Source: Lytechinus pictus
Lineage: Eukaryota
DNA: 64,000 bases
Direction of reading: 5' to 3'
NCBI RefSeq assembly: GCF_037042905.1
Contig: NC_087245.1
Location: 6,388,001-6,452,000 of the forward strand
The notes below the pieces were generated by a model. That model ran no database searches, was not told the DNA's origin, and saw only the letters and a list, made by a program, of their open reading frames with translations. Position numbers and translations under genes: made by a program. Every line of letters begins with the position of its first letter. Position 1 is the first letter of the stretch. Positions 38,917-52,300 of this stretch are shown one piece after another.

Positions 38917-41900
38917 TAGTGTTGTATAAAGCTCAAACCCCAAGGCCCAGCTAGGCCTTGGTATCAGTGGCGTAAAAGGGTTGCCCCCCCCCCCCCCCGG
39001 TGGATTTCACCGGGAAAATGGAAAAGAGAAAAAGGAGAAAGAATGAAAGGGAAGAGAGAAAGGGACAGGGAAAATGAAAATGAAAAGAAAGGGGAAAAAA
39101 GAAAGAACATAAATATGGAAATTGGAACGAAAGCGGGAAAAAGAAGGAAAAAAACTTGTGATGAAGTAAAGTATCCTGAAATACTAATACATTAGCATGA
39201 TTAACAAGAGAGGGATATAAAATAAAAAGATATTACTCAAGGGAAGAATGGCGGGAAAATGGTAGAAAGGGGCAAATAGAGAAAGGGGAAATGAAGTAAG
39301 AACCAAAAGCTAAATTGGAAAATCAGAATATGAAGAAAAGAGAGAAAAAAAACTTAAAAACACGACCGGGCTGCCGAGGATTGAAAAAATATAAAGAACG
39401 GGGAAAAGGTTGGATGGCGTCTGTAATAAGCTTGCTAAATTTTATGCAATAATGGCCGCAATCAGGACCAAAAAAAAAAGTCCTTATAGCCAAGGGCTAG
39501 TTATGTCTCCCTATGTTGTGCTGCCTCAAAATATTTCGTTATTATCTGCAACTGCATTGAGGTTATTATGTGTGTTGTGTATGTACCCGCGATTTGAAAA
39601 AAAAAAGTGGCCATCTGCAATTTATCAACATATCACGAGGTTCCAGACCAATGGCGGCACCAAGAGGCACGGGGGCATTTGCCCCCCAGTGAGTTGCCCC
39701 CCCCCCAAAAAAAAAAAATGGAGAAATGTATATTTATTGCTGTCTTAAGCATATACTAAAGCTGCAAAGTGCTTCAAAACGGCTTTTTCGTTCTTTAAAT
39801 TTGAAAATTTTCTCATTCATTCACTGTTAGCTCCCAACAATTTTGTCACTAACATAAATCGTTCAGGTCATTACATACAATTCAAAATTTTGCTCGCGCT
39901 CGCAGTAACTGTTGACTGAGATAAGTAAATTATCTGTTCTCATGGGGCTTTAAAAATCCAATAATATGCTTCTCGCGATTATAATTTTCATTATTCGTTT
40001 TAACGAGATACACATCCTGCGTATTTCAATAAATAAAAATTTTCAGCTCGCGCTACGAGCTCGCATCAATTGTTTAATTAGATAGCATCCAGTTCATGAT
40101 TACAAAAAGTGCTTAAAACGTCGAGATATCATCTCAGGGTATAACAAATGTTCAGCTCGCGCTTCGCGCTCGCATTATCTATTTGGTGAGATATCATCTT
40201 CGTGACCCAATGCAAACAGCTAGTCCTTAACAGGTCCCTTTTCAAGTCAGTAGGGTCTACATTGAAAAAAAAAATAGCTCGCTCGATTTTGTGAACTTCG
40301 GCAAAATATATGTGATATGCCCCCCCCCCCCCATGTTCTTTTGCCTCCCCCTAGGTTAAAAATCCTGGTGCCGCCATTGCACCGGACCCGATCCGCATAG
40401 CACTGGCCCCCAAAGTTCTACAATCGAGAAAAAAAAAACGAAAAGATATCAGGAAGGGAAATGAAAAGAAAGGAAAGGAAGATGTAAGATATGTTATTTT
40501 CTGGATACCATGTCAAAATCAATCTCAAAGTTAGATTCTCATGAAAAGGTGATTTTTTTATCGCTCGCTTCGCTCTCCCTCCGGAACTTATATTAAGCAA
40601 CTTTTTGCTGCACGCACCATGCTGTGCCCCTCTTTTTTGTACTTGTCACGCATTGAGCTAATGCTCGGGCACAATCATAAAAATCCTGTTCATACCATGA
40701 TATGACCGGGAAATTTTTGGCTCTTGCCCCCCCCCCCCGCCCCGGCCACCTATCCCTGTTACGCCCCTGCTTGATATATGTAACAATGAGCCAACAATGT
40801 TTAGGGGCAGACGGGGCAAAATGTATAAAACTGGTGTGAGCGAGCAAAAATTTCGACCTTTCTGCATGTAATACAAAATCAAATTTTCTAACATTAATTA
40901 GATATAATATTAAAATAATTTATGATAAAAGAGTTACCTTAAGTACATTTAACATATTAGGCAATTATACATTGCGATAATTACCCCCCCCCCCCCGGTC
41001 ATCCGATCCTGGCATGCCAACTTTCTCCACTCCCTTTTTTTTGGGGGGGGGGTGGGGGGCAAGAGAGCACAAAGCGCAAGTTGAAGTTTTTAAATGTTGA
41101 CCTGAAAATTAGTCATTTTAGGGACTCTTTGTCAGTTTTCATGATTCTATTTTTGCTTATAACCACTTTTTAATTTCTATTATCATTTCTTTTGTATCTC
41201 CTCCACTTATTTTACCTCAAAAACCTAAATAAGGAATACTAACAAAAATAAAGAGATATTCAAAAGGATATAGAAATAAACGGGGCTAACGCATACACTT
41301 GGTTGGGGAGGGTAAATCTTTATTACTTCTTAAAACATTAAAATTGAGTTCCCCATCAAACCATATTGACACAAAAACAAATATATACATTGTTTATTTC
41401 CTTGAAACTGTAGTGAAATGAAATTCACTGTCCATATCGATCAAAAGCAAGTAATCTTGCCAATCTGAGACACTATAGACTCTAAACAAAAGATGTAACT
41501 GCCTATCAATGTAGTACTGATTTTGCAGTAGTTACATAGATATTCTGCCCAACCATGACACCCCACCTTTCTTTCTTCCTCACGTGTGTTTTTCTCCCTC
41601 CTAATAACCTCTATCTCTGCCCTCTTTTTTTTTCTCTCTCCCCATCCCTCTCTCTCGATTGTATAAAAAAATGTCAGAACCCCCCCAAACAAAAAGGAAA
41701 GAGAGAGAGAGAAGTAGTTCCACCACCAAGAAAAAAATATTAGAAAAGGAAAGGATAGGGATGAATGTGATATTCTCTAAATGTATCGTCACAATCTATT
41801 AAAAAATTAGCTTTTTATATCAAGAGGGTGAAAAATTTTGCTCGCTCGCTTCAATCGCTTCTAACTTTTTTTACAGAAACTTTTCTTAATATGCTATGCT

Positions 41901-42645
41901 TGGCCCCTCAACATTTTTGCTCATCATGCTATTGACATAATCCATTTGAATATGAAAAAATGGAGATTGTTTTCAAGTTTATCAAATCTTTTCAGAATTC
42001 CATTGAGACTTTAAAACATTCTTGTTGGCTAAAGAAAATGATATAGAAAAAATCGTAATGGTATGGAAATCAACATTGTTATAATTCTTCTTTTTTTTTG
42101 GAGTTACGTATTTTCAAAGTAGGAAAATTGTCAAAATTCCGACAGTCAGATCTGTTGAAATTATTCCTGTCATGTTAAAAAAATAACTATTATTATCTTC
42201 ATATCATTATTACTATCATCTTCATTATTATTATTATTCTCATCATTATTATTATTATTTTTTATAATTATTATCATTTTTGTTATTATTATTATTGTTA
42301 TTATTATTATGTCATTATTACAACACATTATTGTTTTTTCTTTATTAGAAGTATGATTATAATTATTGATAATGGTGATAATTACAATTCATGGCACTGC
42401 TAGTACAATTACCAATATTGCTGTTACTGCTGACTGGTAGTATTGGCCATTATTATTATCAAATATACAGAACAATGGAACATTTACAAATGAAAATGCC
42501 TTGAAAATGCCTTGAAATTTTAAGGCTCAAAATCCTTAAGGCCAAGACCAATTAAGGCCCACCCAAGGCCAAGGCTTTGGAAGAAAATAGGCCTTGAGGC
42601 GCCTTAATGCAAATGCCGAGCATCAAGGCACTACAACACTGACTG
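38917..42645. mobile_element. hAT-like composite insertion with nested G/C-run elements
   Basis: TAGTGTTGTA...TACAACACTG ends; near-identical 8-bp flanks CCACATGG (38909-38916) and CCACTTGG (42646-42653); interrupts the 59-bp repeat. Confidence 0.45.
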
Positions 42646-42968
42646 CCACTTGGTCTAGTGACAGATCGTCTAGCATCAAGGTCAAACGCACTTGGTTATT
42701 AGTATATGGTCTAATACTCACTTTGTCTAATATTGTCATTCAGCCATGCCCATATAATAGTTTAATTTCCACGTTGCTTATCATTTTGCGCCACATGAAA
42801 ATTTGTTTCATAATGACTATGAAATTCACCATAGCATACAATGTGTGTTAGACCAAAAGGATATGATTTTAGACGAAATGGGTAAAACCTAAATCTGGAA
42901 ATTAGTCATAGTTGTAAATGGCCTAAATGGCAATTAGACCAATAGACAAATCATATTACCTATCACCA

Positions 42969-43135
42969 GGGGCCCGTTTCATAAAGCTGTTCGTAAGTTA
43001 CGAATGACTTGACGCACGTCTGGTGACCATTTTTGTGCTAAATGCTATATCCCTATGTAACCGATTTACCGCCTAAGAACAGGTTCCAGTCGTGCGAAAA
43101 GTTGTGCGTAACTTTACGAACAGCTTTATGAAACA
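42969..43135. mobile_element. Short MITE just upstream of the gene 2 promoter
   Basis: GTTTCATAAAGCTGTTCGTAAGTTACG ... CGTAACTTTACGAACAGCTTTATGAAAC inverted ends. Confidence 0.65.
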
Positions 43136-43159
43136 CCACGTACCCCACCGTACCAAGAG

Positions 43160-43290
43160 CGGATTATGACGTCACAACGTGAGTTGCGCGCGCCTTTTTC
43201 GTGACGTAAACATACGGAATTGTGACGTAACATTGTTAAATGCAAATGCGCGCCAATGTTCCATAGCTACAGTATTCAACGTATATACAA
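43160..43290 (+). promoter_or_regulatory. Putative promoter of gene 2 with CRE sites, octamer and CCAAT
   Basis: TGACGTCA 43167-43174, TGACGTAA 43202-43209 and 43223-43230, ATGCAAAT 43240-43247, CCAAT 43253-43257, TATATA 43282-43287; CpG-rich patch 70-200 nt upstream of the ATG. Confidence 0.55.
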
Positions 43291-43359
43291 TTGAAATCGA
43301 TTTATTATTTCACCGAGGATCTTTACACGTACAAGTACATGTAAAACAATAGTATAACA

Positions 43360-46300
43360 ATGGGTCTGTGTTTATTTATTAAGCCTTTCCGAAGTCTTAA
43401 AGGAAAATTACAAATTAAAGGAGGTACGTATTGCCCACATCATGGTTATAAAATTATGTTCAGGCCCATATTAACATCTTTTCATCCAGGAAAAAATGAC
43501 TACCGGAATTAATCTAAAATAAATCTTTGCTCTAACTTATTTTGTTGCATAAATGTATACAAGGGAGTCTTATAGATCTACAGGTATGGAAATATGATGT
43601 AATATAAGATTTAATTTAATAACATCAGATAAAGGAAAGTGAGGGCATGATATCATCAACCAACCTATTGCATATTTATGATGACATTCAAATAATTGAC
43701 AAACTTTAACATTTAATAACTTTATTTGTTATAAGATTTTCATTAATCTTTCAACATTTTGCTGGATGAAATTTACTCTAATACTAGATATAAGTATTTT
43801 CAGCCTGGAAAAAATATTCAACCTGTTTTTAACCTTTGCACATTTTATATTGTATTGTAATATCTGAAAATAACATTATCAAGATGTGAATATGTAATAA
43901 ATTGAACGATGGTACCAAAATAAACATTTCATTCGCTTTAGAATATCAATAAAAAAAGATAGTTTAGACATTGTAAGTAGACTTACTCTTTTACTCGGTA
44001 ATGTTTAAATTTTAAATCAAGTCATAAACTGATTTATGGAGAAGCTTGTAAATAATCGAATACATTTTTGTTTAAAAAAAATGAAATCCGAAAGAAAATA
44101 CCCTGCTGATGTAAAGAACACAGTATGATCACAGTGTGTTCATAATTTATAGTGGACTGTGGGAAAGATTCACACTGCTAAAATGCTCAAATTCAACATT
44201 GTAGATATATTTCACAATGTGGACACCCGGCTCGACAGTGTGACTGTTCAAAGCGTGTTCACATTGTCAACTATGATTTTCACTGCTGAAATTAATGCTC
44301 AAATTAAACAGTGTGAAGGTGATTTCACACCGTGTCACACTATTTTTCCAGTAAGGTAAGTCAGGCTTGCACGGATTATATATAAACATTGCTGCCCTCT
44401 ACTTTCGTTGATTTCTTGTATTTCAGACTTAAAGCGACACTCACTGACCTCTCTTGTGCGGAGTTCTTTTATTGGAGCCAGTATTGACAGGTATATTTTA
44501 CGTATATAAATAAATGAATTTATATCATTAATTTATTCATATTTATCATTTCATTCACCTACTCGTGTTTGAGCTAACTCACAATTAGTTGTCTGTAAAA
44601 AAAAAAATCTTTATTCTGTGATAAGATGATAATGATGATAATAATAGGAATATAGGCCTACATGGCCCTCTTCGTCCAACACCACCCTTTGTCCAAAGGC
44701 ACCCCCCCCCCCCCCCCCGTTTAGCCGAAAGTGCGTTGGGACTTTTTTTATACGCCATTCTTGATAGATTCAGCGAGTTTAGACTTTAAATTTAAGCCTC
44801 AAACAGCGATTTCAAAGAGGCTATCGTCCGGATATTCTTCTACGAGTTTTATTTTTGGTTTTTCAATTTTTTCTGCGTTTATTAAAAGAAATGTTGCCCA
44901 AGCGAATTTCCCCTGAAAAACAAATACACGCACATTCTGCTAAGCACGCACGCACACTTTTTTTTCCTCTTTCTCTCTCTCTCACACACACTCAAAATTG
45001 GGAGCTGACCGTGCAAAATTGACTATTTTTTACGTTTTTCGAAAAAAAAAATGGGTTTGAAGCTCGTATATACCCTCGGGGATTCCCTATTTGCGTATCC
45101 TATCACACCCATGACACCTCCCTTCCATTACTTTTATTTTTCTAACACTTTTAACATACTTATGTCTGAACAAAATTCCAGGAGGAGCCTCTATTTCCTT
45201 GGCGATGACAGTTCGCCTTACTTCACTACAACCAATGTGCATCGTAAAAATGACACGTTCATGGAATATGGGTATGAAGCTGCTTCAACTCTAGTAGATA
45301 TTTTATCATTTTAGAAGCTAGAAATACCACATCATCTGCAACTTTAAAATAGTCATGCAAGGTTTTTTTTATGACATGAGAACATTTCATATTGCAAAGT
45401 GATTTACCTCGATCAGTTTGTCTGTATACATTCCTTACACAATCCATACTCCGTTTCACTACTTTGGGATAAAGTCAAATCGACACCGTGTTTACTTTAA
45501 CGGTTCCGATTAAATCAAATCTCGCTTTATTTTATATTAAGTCGACTTAATTCGAAGGAGATTTTACAATTTTCATGTATGAGATAATCAATTCATCATA
45601 CATTGGTAATATTGATATTAATATCTATTTCAATCATTATAATAGATTATTGATGTGACAAATTCTTTTCGTTGTGTTAAGTGACAATATTTACCCTCCC
45701 TTTAAATTTTATAGAAAAAGTGACAATGAGTCAGTGGGCGCTGCAACGGCTGATGCTAAAGAACTTGAAAGGATAAAGGTAGGCCTATACATGATGTCTT
45801 TATTTCACTATTTCAAAAACTCTCCGTTGAACCATGGACCTATTGTTGAACAAAATGCAAGCAACCTTTTTACTCATTAAAGATACCAAAATCTTAATTG
45901 AAATCTTACTATAGGCCCATGATAAAAATCGTGTGGTTCAACACAACATAGGCCTACTACATCTAGTTCAAGAATTAAAATATATATGAAACATGATTTT
46001 AATACCCCATGATATTTCACACAGTTTCACTAATATTTCTCGATTTATTTTCCTTTTATGCCTTGTGTGGATATTTGGTAGCCAAATAATTGCCCAACTT
46101 TGGAAAAAAAAAATTTCTTTAATATCCTAAATGTTATTTTGATATAATGACACCAATTATAAGAAGAGTGAGCTATTTTAATGATAAACAATGTAAGGGA
46201 CCTAGAACAATGAAATATGCCAATGTGTGGCTCAGTTGGATGGGCGCAAGATTGACCTATAAGCTTTTTACCCGGAGAATAAAGCTGAGTATCATTATTC

Positions 46301-49300
46301 TCAGTAGGTCTATAAATGGGACCAATGTCAATTAGCATTCATTAACGTTATCAATAAATCTATTCTATAGACATGAAAACGCAAGTATACAGTTATGAAC
46401 ATACATGGTATGCATTTCTGTTCTTATTTTCTTCACTTTTTTTTCCGTCAGTCCGAAGCAGAAGAAGAATTGGATAGGTATTCTCAAGGAGCTGTAGATG
46501 CTGCACTATTGGTATGTATCCCAACATGCACCTAATTGATCATGGTCAATGCACCCCCCAAATCGATTACGCCTTCCGCTTGCACACATTTATTGCTTCT
46601 TTCACAACCACATCATACAATTTTATACTTGTTTTGTGCTTATATATACTTTTGTATATCACCTTTATTCGAACAAACAACAAAAAGAAGTACCATTATA
46701 ATAAGTTCAAGTTACATTTTAGGACAAAGTACATCATCAATGTCATAAGTAGTGAACTAGCGATAGACAATATGACAAGAAGATATACATAAAACGATTT
46801 TCCCCACATTAACCCTATTTTAGGCCAGGATAAATAAAAGGGGAATTTGACCCCCCCCCCCTTCAGATCTGGGCCGCTGATTGCACGATCGCCGCGGAAA
46901 TTTGCACGCGCGTAGAATCGGATGTAAAGTACAAGATCGTATAGTAAAATTTTCAAAAGATTAATTGTTTATAGTTTTAATTAATTAATCATGCAAATAA
47001 GCATATGAAATTTGCCCTAAATATGTTTTTGTACGTAGTTTTGCCTTTAACTCTCTTTATATAGCTAGTAGAATGCTAATTCATTGTAAGTGTATCAAGT
47101 TTTACATTTCTAACAAAATTTAATGTCTACAAAAAATTGCCAAAATATAATTAATTTCTTATGTATTTTATTGTTTATAAATTCTTATGTATTTCTTTTT
47201 TTCGAATATTTTTTTATTGTTTTTTCCGATGAACTTTCCCGCATAAAATAAAATAAATCCATTTAAACCAAAAAAAGTAAAGTAATCATACATTTATGAT
47301 TTTTGGTTGAAAAACACAATTGACTTTGTACACAGAATCAAGTTTTTGAGCAATTTTAGGTCTGGCATGCACTCACAAAATGATGCGTAATTTCGGAACC
47401 GCGTACCCGTGTGTCACAAAATTGGTCTTAAAAGATGCGCAAGACTTGAAAATAATATCGTCGCGGTCAAAAAATTTCGCGCGGCGGCGTAGTGACGAAA
47501 TGTGTCGAGGGGGGGGGGGGTCAAATTGACCCCCCAGTATAAGGGTTAAAAAAGGTAAGTAGTTATAGGTGAGACCTCATACCAACTTGACCTTTGACCC
47601 GGTCAGCCTTTGACCTTTAGCCCGGTCAGCCTTTGACCTTTAGCCCGGTCAGCCTTTGGCTAGGTCACCCATGACCTTTAGTCCGGTCAGCCTTTGACCG
47701 CATGACCTTTAGTCCGGTCAGCCTTTGACCTTTAGCCTGGTCAGCCTTTGACCTTTAGCCCGGTCATCCATGCCCTTTACCCCGGTCAGCCTTTGACCAC
47801 ATGACCCAATGGGTTGACCCAGACTTCCGGCCAGCCATGAAATGGTATTTTATCCACCGTGATGTCATAGAATTACCCTTATCGCACCATCGGTATTGCA
47901 CCACCGTTGTGTCATCGCCAAGTATGGATAAATTTCGGTCGACCTTATCGCACGATGCAGCGACGTTGCACGGGTATTTTTAGCATATGATACGATGCAC
48001 AAAACAGACGTATGATTTCTGCACAGTTTCCTATTGAAAAAGTGATCTTTCTCCGCCTATATACCAGCAGATATGTCAAGTGCCTCGCATGACGTCACCA
48101 TGAAATGGTGTTAGCGACGCAACCACCGTGATGTCATCCCAGGGAATTACCCTTATCGCACCGTATCGGTATTGCACCACCGTGGCGCAATCGTCACGTA
48201 TAGGATACGATGCACAAAACAGACGTATGATTTCTACACAGTTTCCTATTGAAAAAGTTATCTTTCTCCGCCTACCAGCAGATATGTCAAGTGCCTCGCG
48301 GTACACGAATCGATCGCCCCATGCACGGCCAACGCGCGTCATTGAACTTGGGAGATCATATTCAAGGTGAAAGCCGGCTCTCTCTGCCTCTTATTACAAC
48401 AATTATTGGTAATCCAACATGTGATTATAATAGTGACATCTCAAGCTCTACTCATTCCAGACTTTTACACATTAAAACTCTCTGACTTTTTCATACTGTT
48501 TTGTTCATACTTTTCATTTAACTCACATGACCTAGCTGCCCGGCTCTCTGACTCGCAAAAAGTATACTATATTGAAACCAGTAGATGACTCCTTTAAATC
48601 AACTTCATTCATCCGCAGTACAGATGGTGATAACATGAAACACTATACAGTCAAGGATGATTCTTTATTCTTATCATTTATTCTATTCCATTTCAATGTA
48701 GATAGGTTCAGATACTGTATAAACAGCAGATTTTGATACAAAGGTAAAATAATGTAAGTTATGTTCTCAAATTATGTTGTAATAACAAACTAATTGTTAA
48801 CTGTTCATTGTTAATATTAAAGTGAAGTTCTCGTTTTTCTATTTCTTCGCTTAACTTAATGGATTGTAACACATGTCTATGGATGGCATTCAGAAAATAT
48901 GAACACAATGAACTTCAAACTGTCATTTATGTTGACGGCGTTTTCTTGGATTATTATTATTTGACAAGCTGATGTCTGTGCCTTTAGTTGTAGACTCCAT
49001 CTTCACCCTCCGTTTCTTCTCCACCATCATCATCGTCATCGTCACCTTGATACTGGAATAAACCATCGAATTGTGAACCATGCCTGGCTAACACTCTCTG
49101 TACGGATTTCCGGAATTCCATGCCATTCTCTAATCTTTCCGTGAGATCGGACACGATTTCACGTCAGCGTCTTCGAGGTACACGTTCTGCTGCAAGAACT
49201 GAGAGTAAAGATCGAAAAAGATGCGTTTGACTGCCCAGAGTAGTTTCACGTGAGCCTTTAATTGCTTTAGCGTCTTCTTCTTCCATTCCTTCTGAGATGT

Positions 49301-52300
49301 ATTTCTGATATTTTTCGTCTCTCAAGTCCTCGGTGGTTGTCATGGCTTGCTCTAACCATCCTCGATAAGCGAGGTTATCTTCAGTTTCTTCCATGTTTGC
49401 TGTCATTGACGATTCGTGTCCATCGCTTTCTGATACGCTCGTTTCGGAATCATCGTTGGATTCTTCAACTCTTTGCATTTGAGAGGATGGGTCGGAGTCT
49501 TCATTATCACTCGTTTCTTCTCCAGTATCATGCTCGTTTTGTTCATGCCTCTGCATATCATACTTCCTACTAAAGGTTTTATCGCATCGTGAACAAGCGT
49601 AACGGTTGGACATATCCAACGTATTCATGTTGACTCGATGATTATTTGCTGGGAAATGAAGAAAATTAACGTTCAACCTTGTAATAATACGTAATCATGA
49701 ACTTCGATTTTTACAGATTCTTACGAATTCTATGGATTCTTACGGACTTTTACGGATTCTTACGGATTTTTACGGATTCTTACGGATTATTACTGATTTT
49801 TACGGATTCTTACAGATTTTTACGGATTCTTACGGATTTTTGCGGATTCTTACGGATCATATAGCTTACGGATTATAGCTTACGGATTTTTACGGATTTT
49901 TTACGGATTCTTACGGATATTTTACGGATTCTTACGGATTTTTACGGATTCTTACGGATTTTTACGGACTTTTGCGGATTCTTACGGATTCTTACGGATC
50001 ATATAGCTTACGGATTATAGCTTACGGATTTTTACGGATTTTTTACGGATTCTTATGGATATTTTACGGATTCTTACGGATTTTTACGGATTCTTACGGA
50101 TTTTTATGGATTCTTACGGACTTTTGCGGATTCTTACGGATTCTACAGATTAATTAATGCTTTCATAAAATCTTTCATATAATCTCAAGGAAAATATGTT
50201 CATCCACGTTGGAATGACCCATGCAGCATGGGAATCTGCAAGAATCCGTAAGAATCCGCAAAAGTCCGTAAGAATCCGTAAAATATCCATAAGAATCCGT
50301 AAAAAATCCGTAAGCTATATGATCCGTAAGAATCCGTAAGAATCCGCAAAAGTCCGTAAGAATCCGTAAAAATCCGTAAGAATCCGTAAAAATCCGTAAG
50401 AATCCGTAAGAATATCCGTAAAATATCCGTAAGAATCCGTAAAAATCCGTAAAAATCTGTAAGCTATAATCCGTAAGCTATATGATCCGTAAGAATCCGC
50501 AAAAATCCGTAAGAATCCGTAAAAATCTGTAAGAATCCGTAAAAATCAGTAATAATCCGTAAGAATCCGTAAAAGTCCGTAAGAATCCATAGAATTCGTA
50601 AGAATCTGTAAAAATCGAAGTTCATGATTACGTATTATTACAAGGTTGAACGTTAATTTTCTTCATTTCCCAGCAAATAATCATCGAGTCAACATGAATA
50701 CGTTGGATATGTCCAACCGTTACGCTTGTTCACGATGCGAAAACCTTTAGTAGGAAGTATGATATGCAGAGGCATGAACAAAACGAGCATGATACTGGAG
50801 AAGAAACGAGTGATAATGAAGACTCCGACCCATCCTCTCAAATGCAAAGAGTTGAAGAATCCAACGATGATTCCGAAACGAGCGTATCAGAAAGCGATGG
50901 ACACGAATCGTCAATGACAGCAAACATGGAAGAAACTGAAGACAACCTCGCTTATCGAGGATGGTTAGAGCAAGCCATGACAACCACCGAGGACTTGAGA
51001 GACGAAAAATATCAGAAATACATCTCAGAAGGAATGGAAGAAGAAGACGCTATTAAAGCAAAGGCTCACGTGAAACTACTCTGGGCAGTCAAACGCATCA
51101 TTTTCGATCTTTTCTCTCAGTTCTTGCAGCAGAACGTGTACCTCGAAGACGCTGACATCAATCGTGAAATCGTGTCCGATCTCACGGAAAGATTAGAGAA
51201 TGGCATGGAATTCCGGAAATCCGTACAGAGAGTGTTAGCCAGGCATGGTTCACAATTCGATGGTTTATTCCAGTATCAAGGTGACGATGACGATGATGAT
51301 GGTGGAGAAGAAACGGAGGGTGAAGATGGAGTCTACAACTAAAGGCACAGACATCAGCTTGTCAAATAATAATAATCCAAGAAAACGCCGTCAACATAAA
51401 TGACAGTTTGAACTTCATTGTGTTCATATTTTTTGAATGCCATCCATAGACATGTGTTACAATCCATTAAGTTAAGCGAAGAAATAGAAAAACGAGAACT
51501 TCACTTTAATATTAACAATGAACAGTTAACAATTAGTTTGTTATTACAACATAATTTGAGAACATAACTTACATTATTTTACCTTTGTATCAAAATCTGC
51601 TGTTTATACAGTATCTGAACCTATCTACATTGAAATGGAATAGAATAAATGATAAGAATAAAGAATCATCCTTGACTGTATAGTGTTTCATGTTATCACC
51701 ATCTGTACTGCGGATGAATGAAGTTGATTTAAAGGAGTCATCTACTGGTTTCAATATAGTATACTTTTTGCAAGTCAGAGAGCCGGGCAGTTAAAATGAA
51801 AAGTATGGAAATATGAACAAAACAGTATGAAAAAGTCAGAGAGTTTTGATGGGGAAAAGTCTGGAATGAGTAGAGCCTGAGATGTCACTATTATCATGAT
51901 TATAATCACATGTTGGATTACCAATAATTGTTGTAATAAGAGGCAGAGAGAGAGTCGGTTTTCACCTAGCTTTCCAATAGGATATCCCAAGTTCAATGAC
52001 GCGCGTTGGCCGTGCATGGGGTGATCGATTCGTGTACCGTGAGGCACTTGACATATCTGCTGGTAGGCGGAGAAAGATAACTTTTTCAATAGGAAACTGT
52101 GTAGAAATCATACGTCTGTTTTGTGCATCGTATCCTATACGTGACGATTGCGCCACGGTGGTGCAATACCGATACGGTGCGATAAGGGTAATTCCCTGGG
52201 ATGACATCACGGTGGTTGCGTCGCTAACACCATTTCATGGTGACGTCATGCGAGGCACTTGACATATCTGCTGGTATATAGGCGGAGAAAGATCAATTTT

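Noticed and set aside
43360..45778. First three coding segments of gene 2 are each exactly 64 nt
   Set aside because: No sequence similarity among them; treated as coincidence.
47801..48588. Short ORFs in the outer arms (and mirrored ones at 51775-52766)
   Set aside because: They lie in ~200-bp repeat units, occur in several overlapping frames and show no recognisable motif; identity between arms reflects the inversion, not coding constraint.
49972..50157. 61-aa ORF MRILTDSYGSYS...
   Set aside because: Translation of the 10-mer array.
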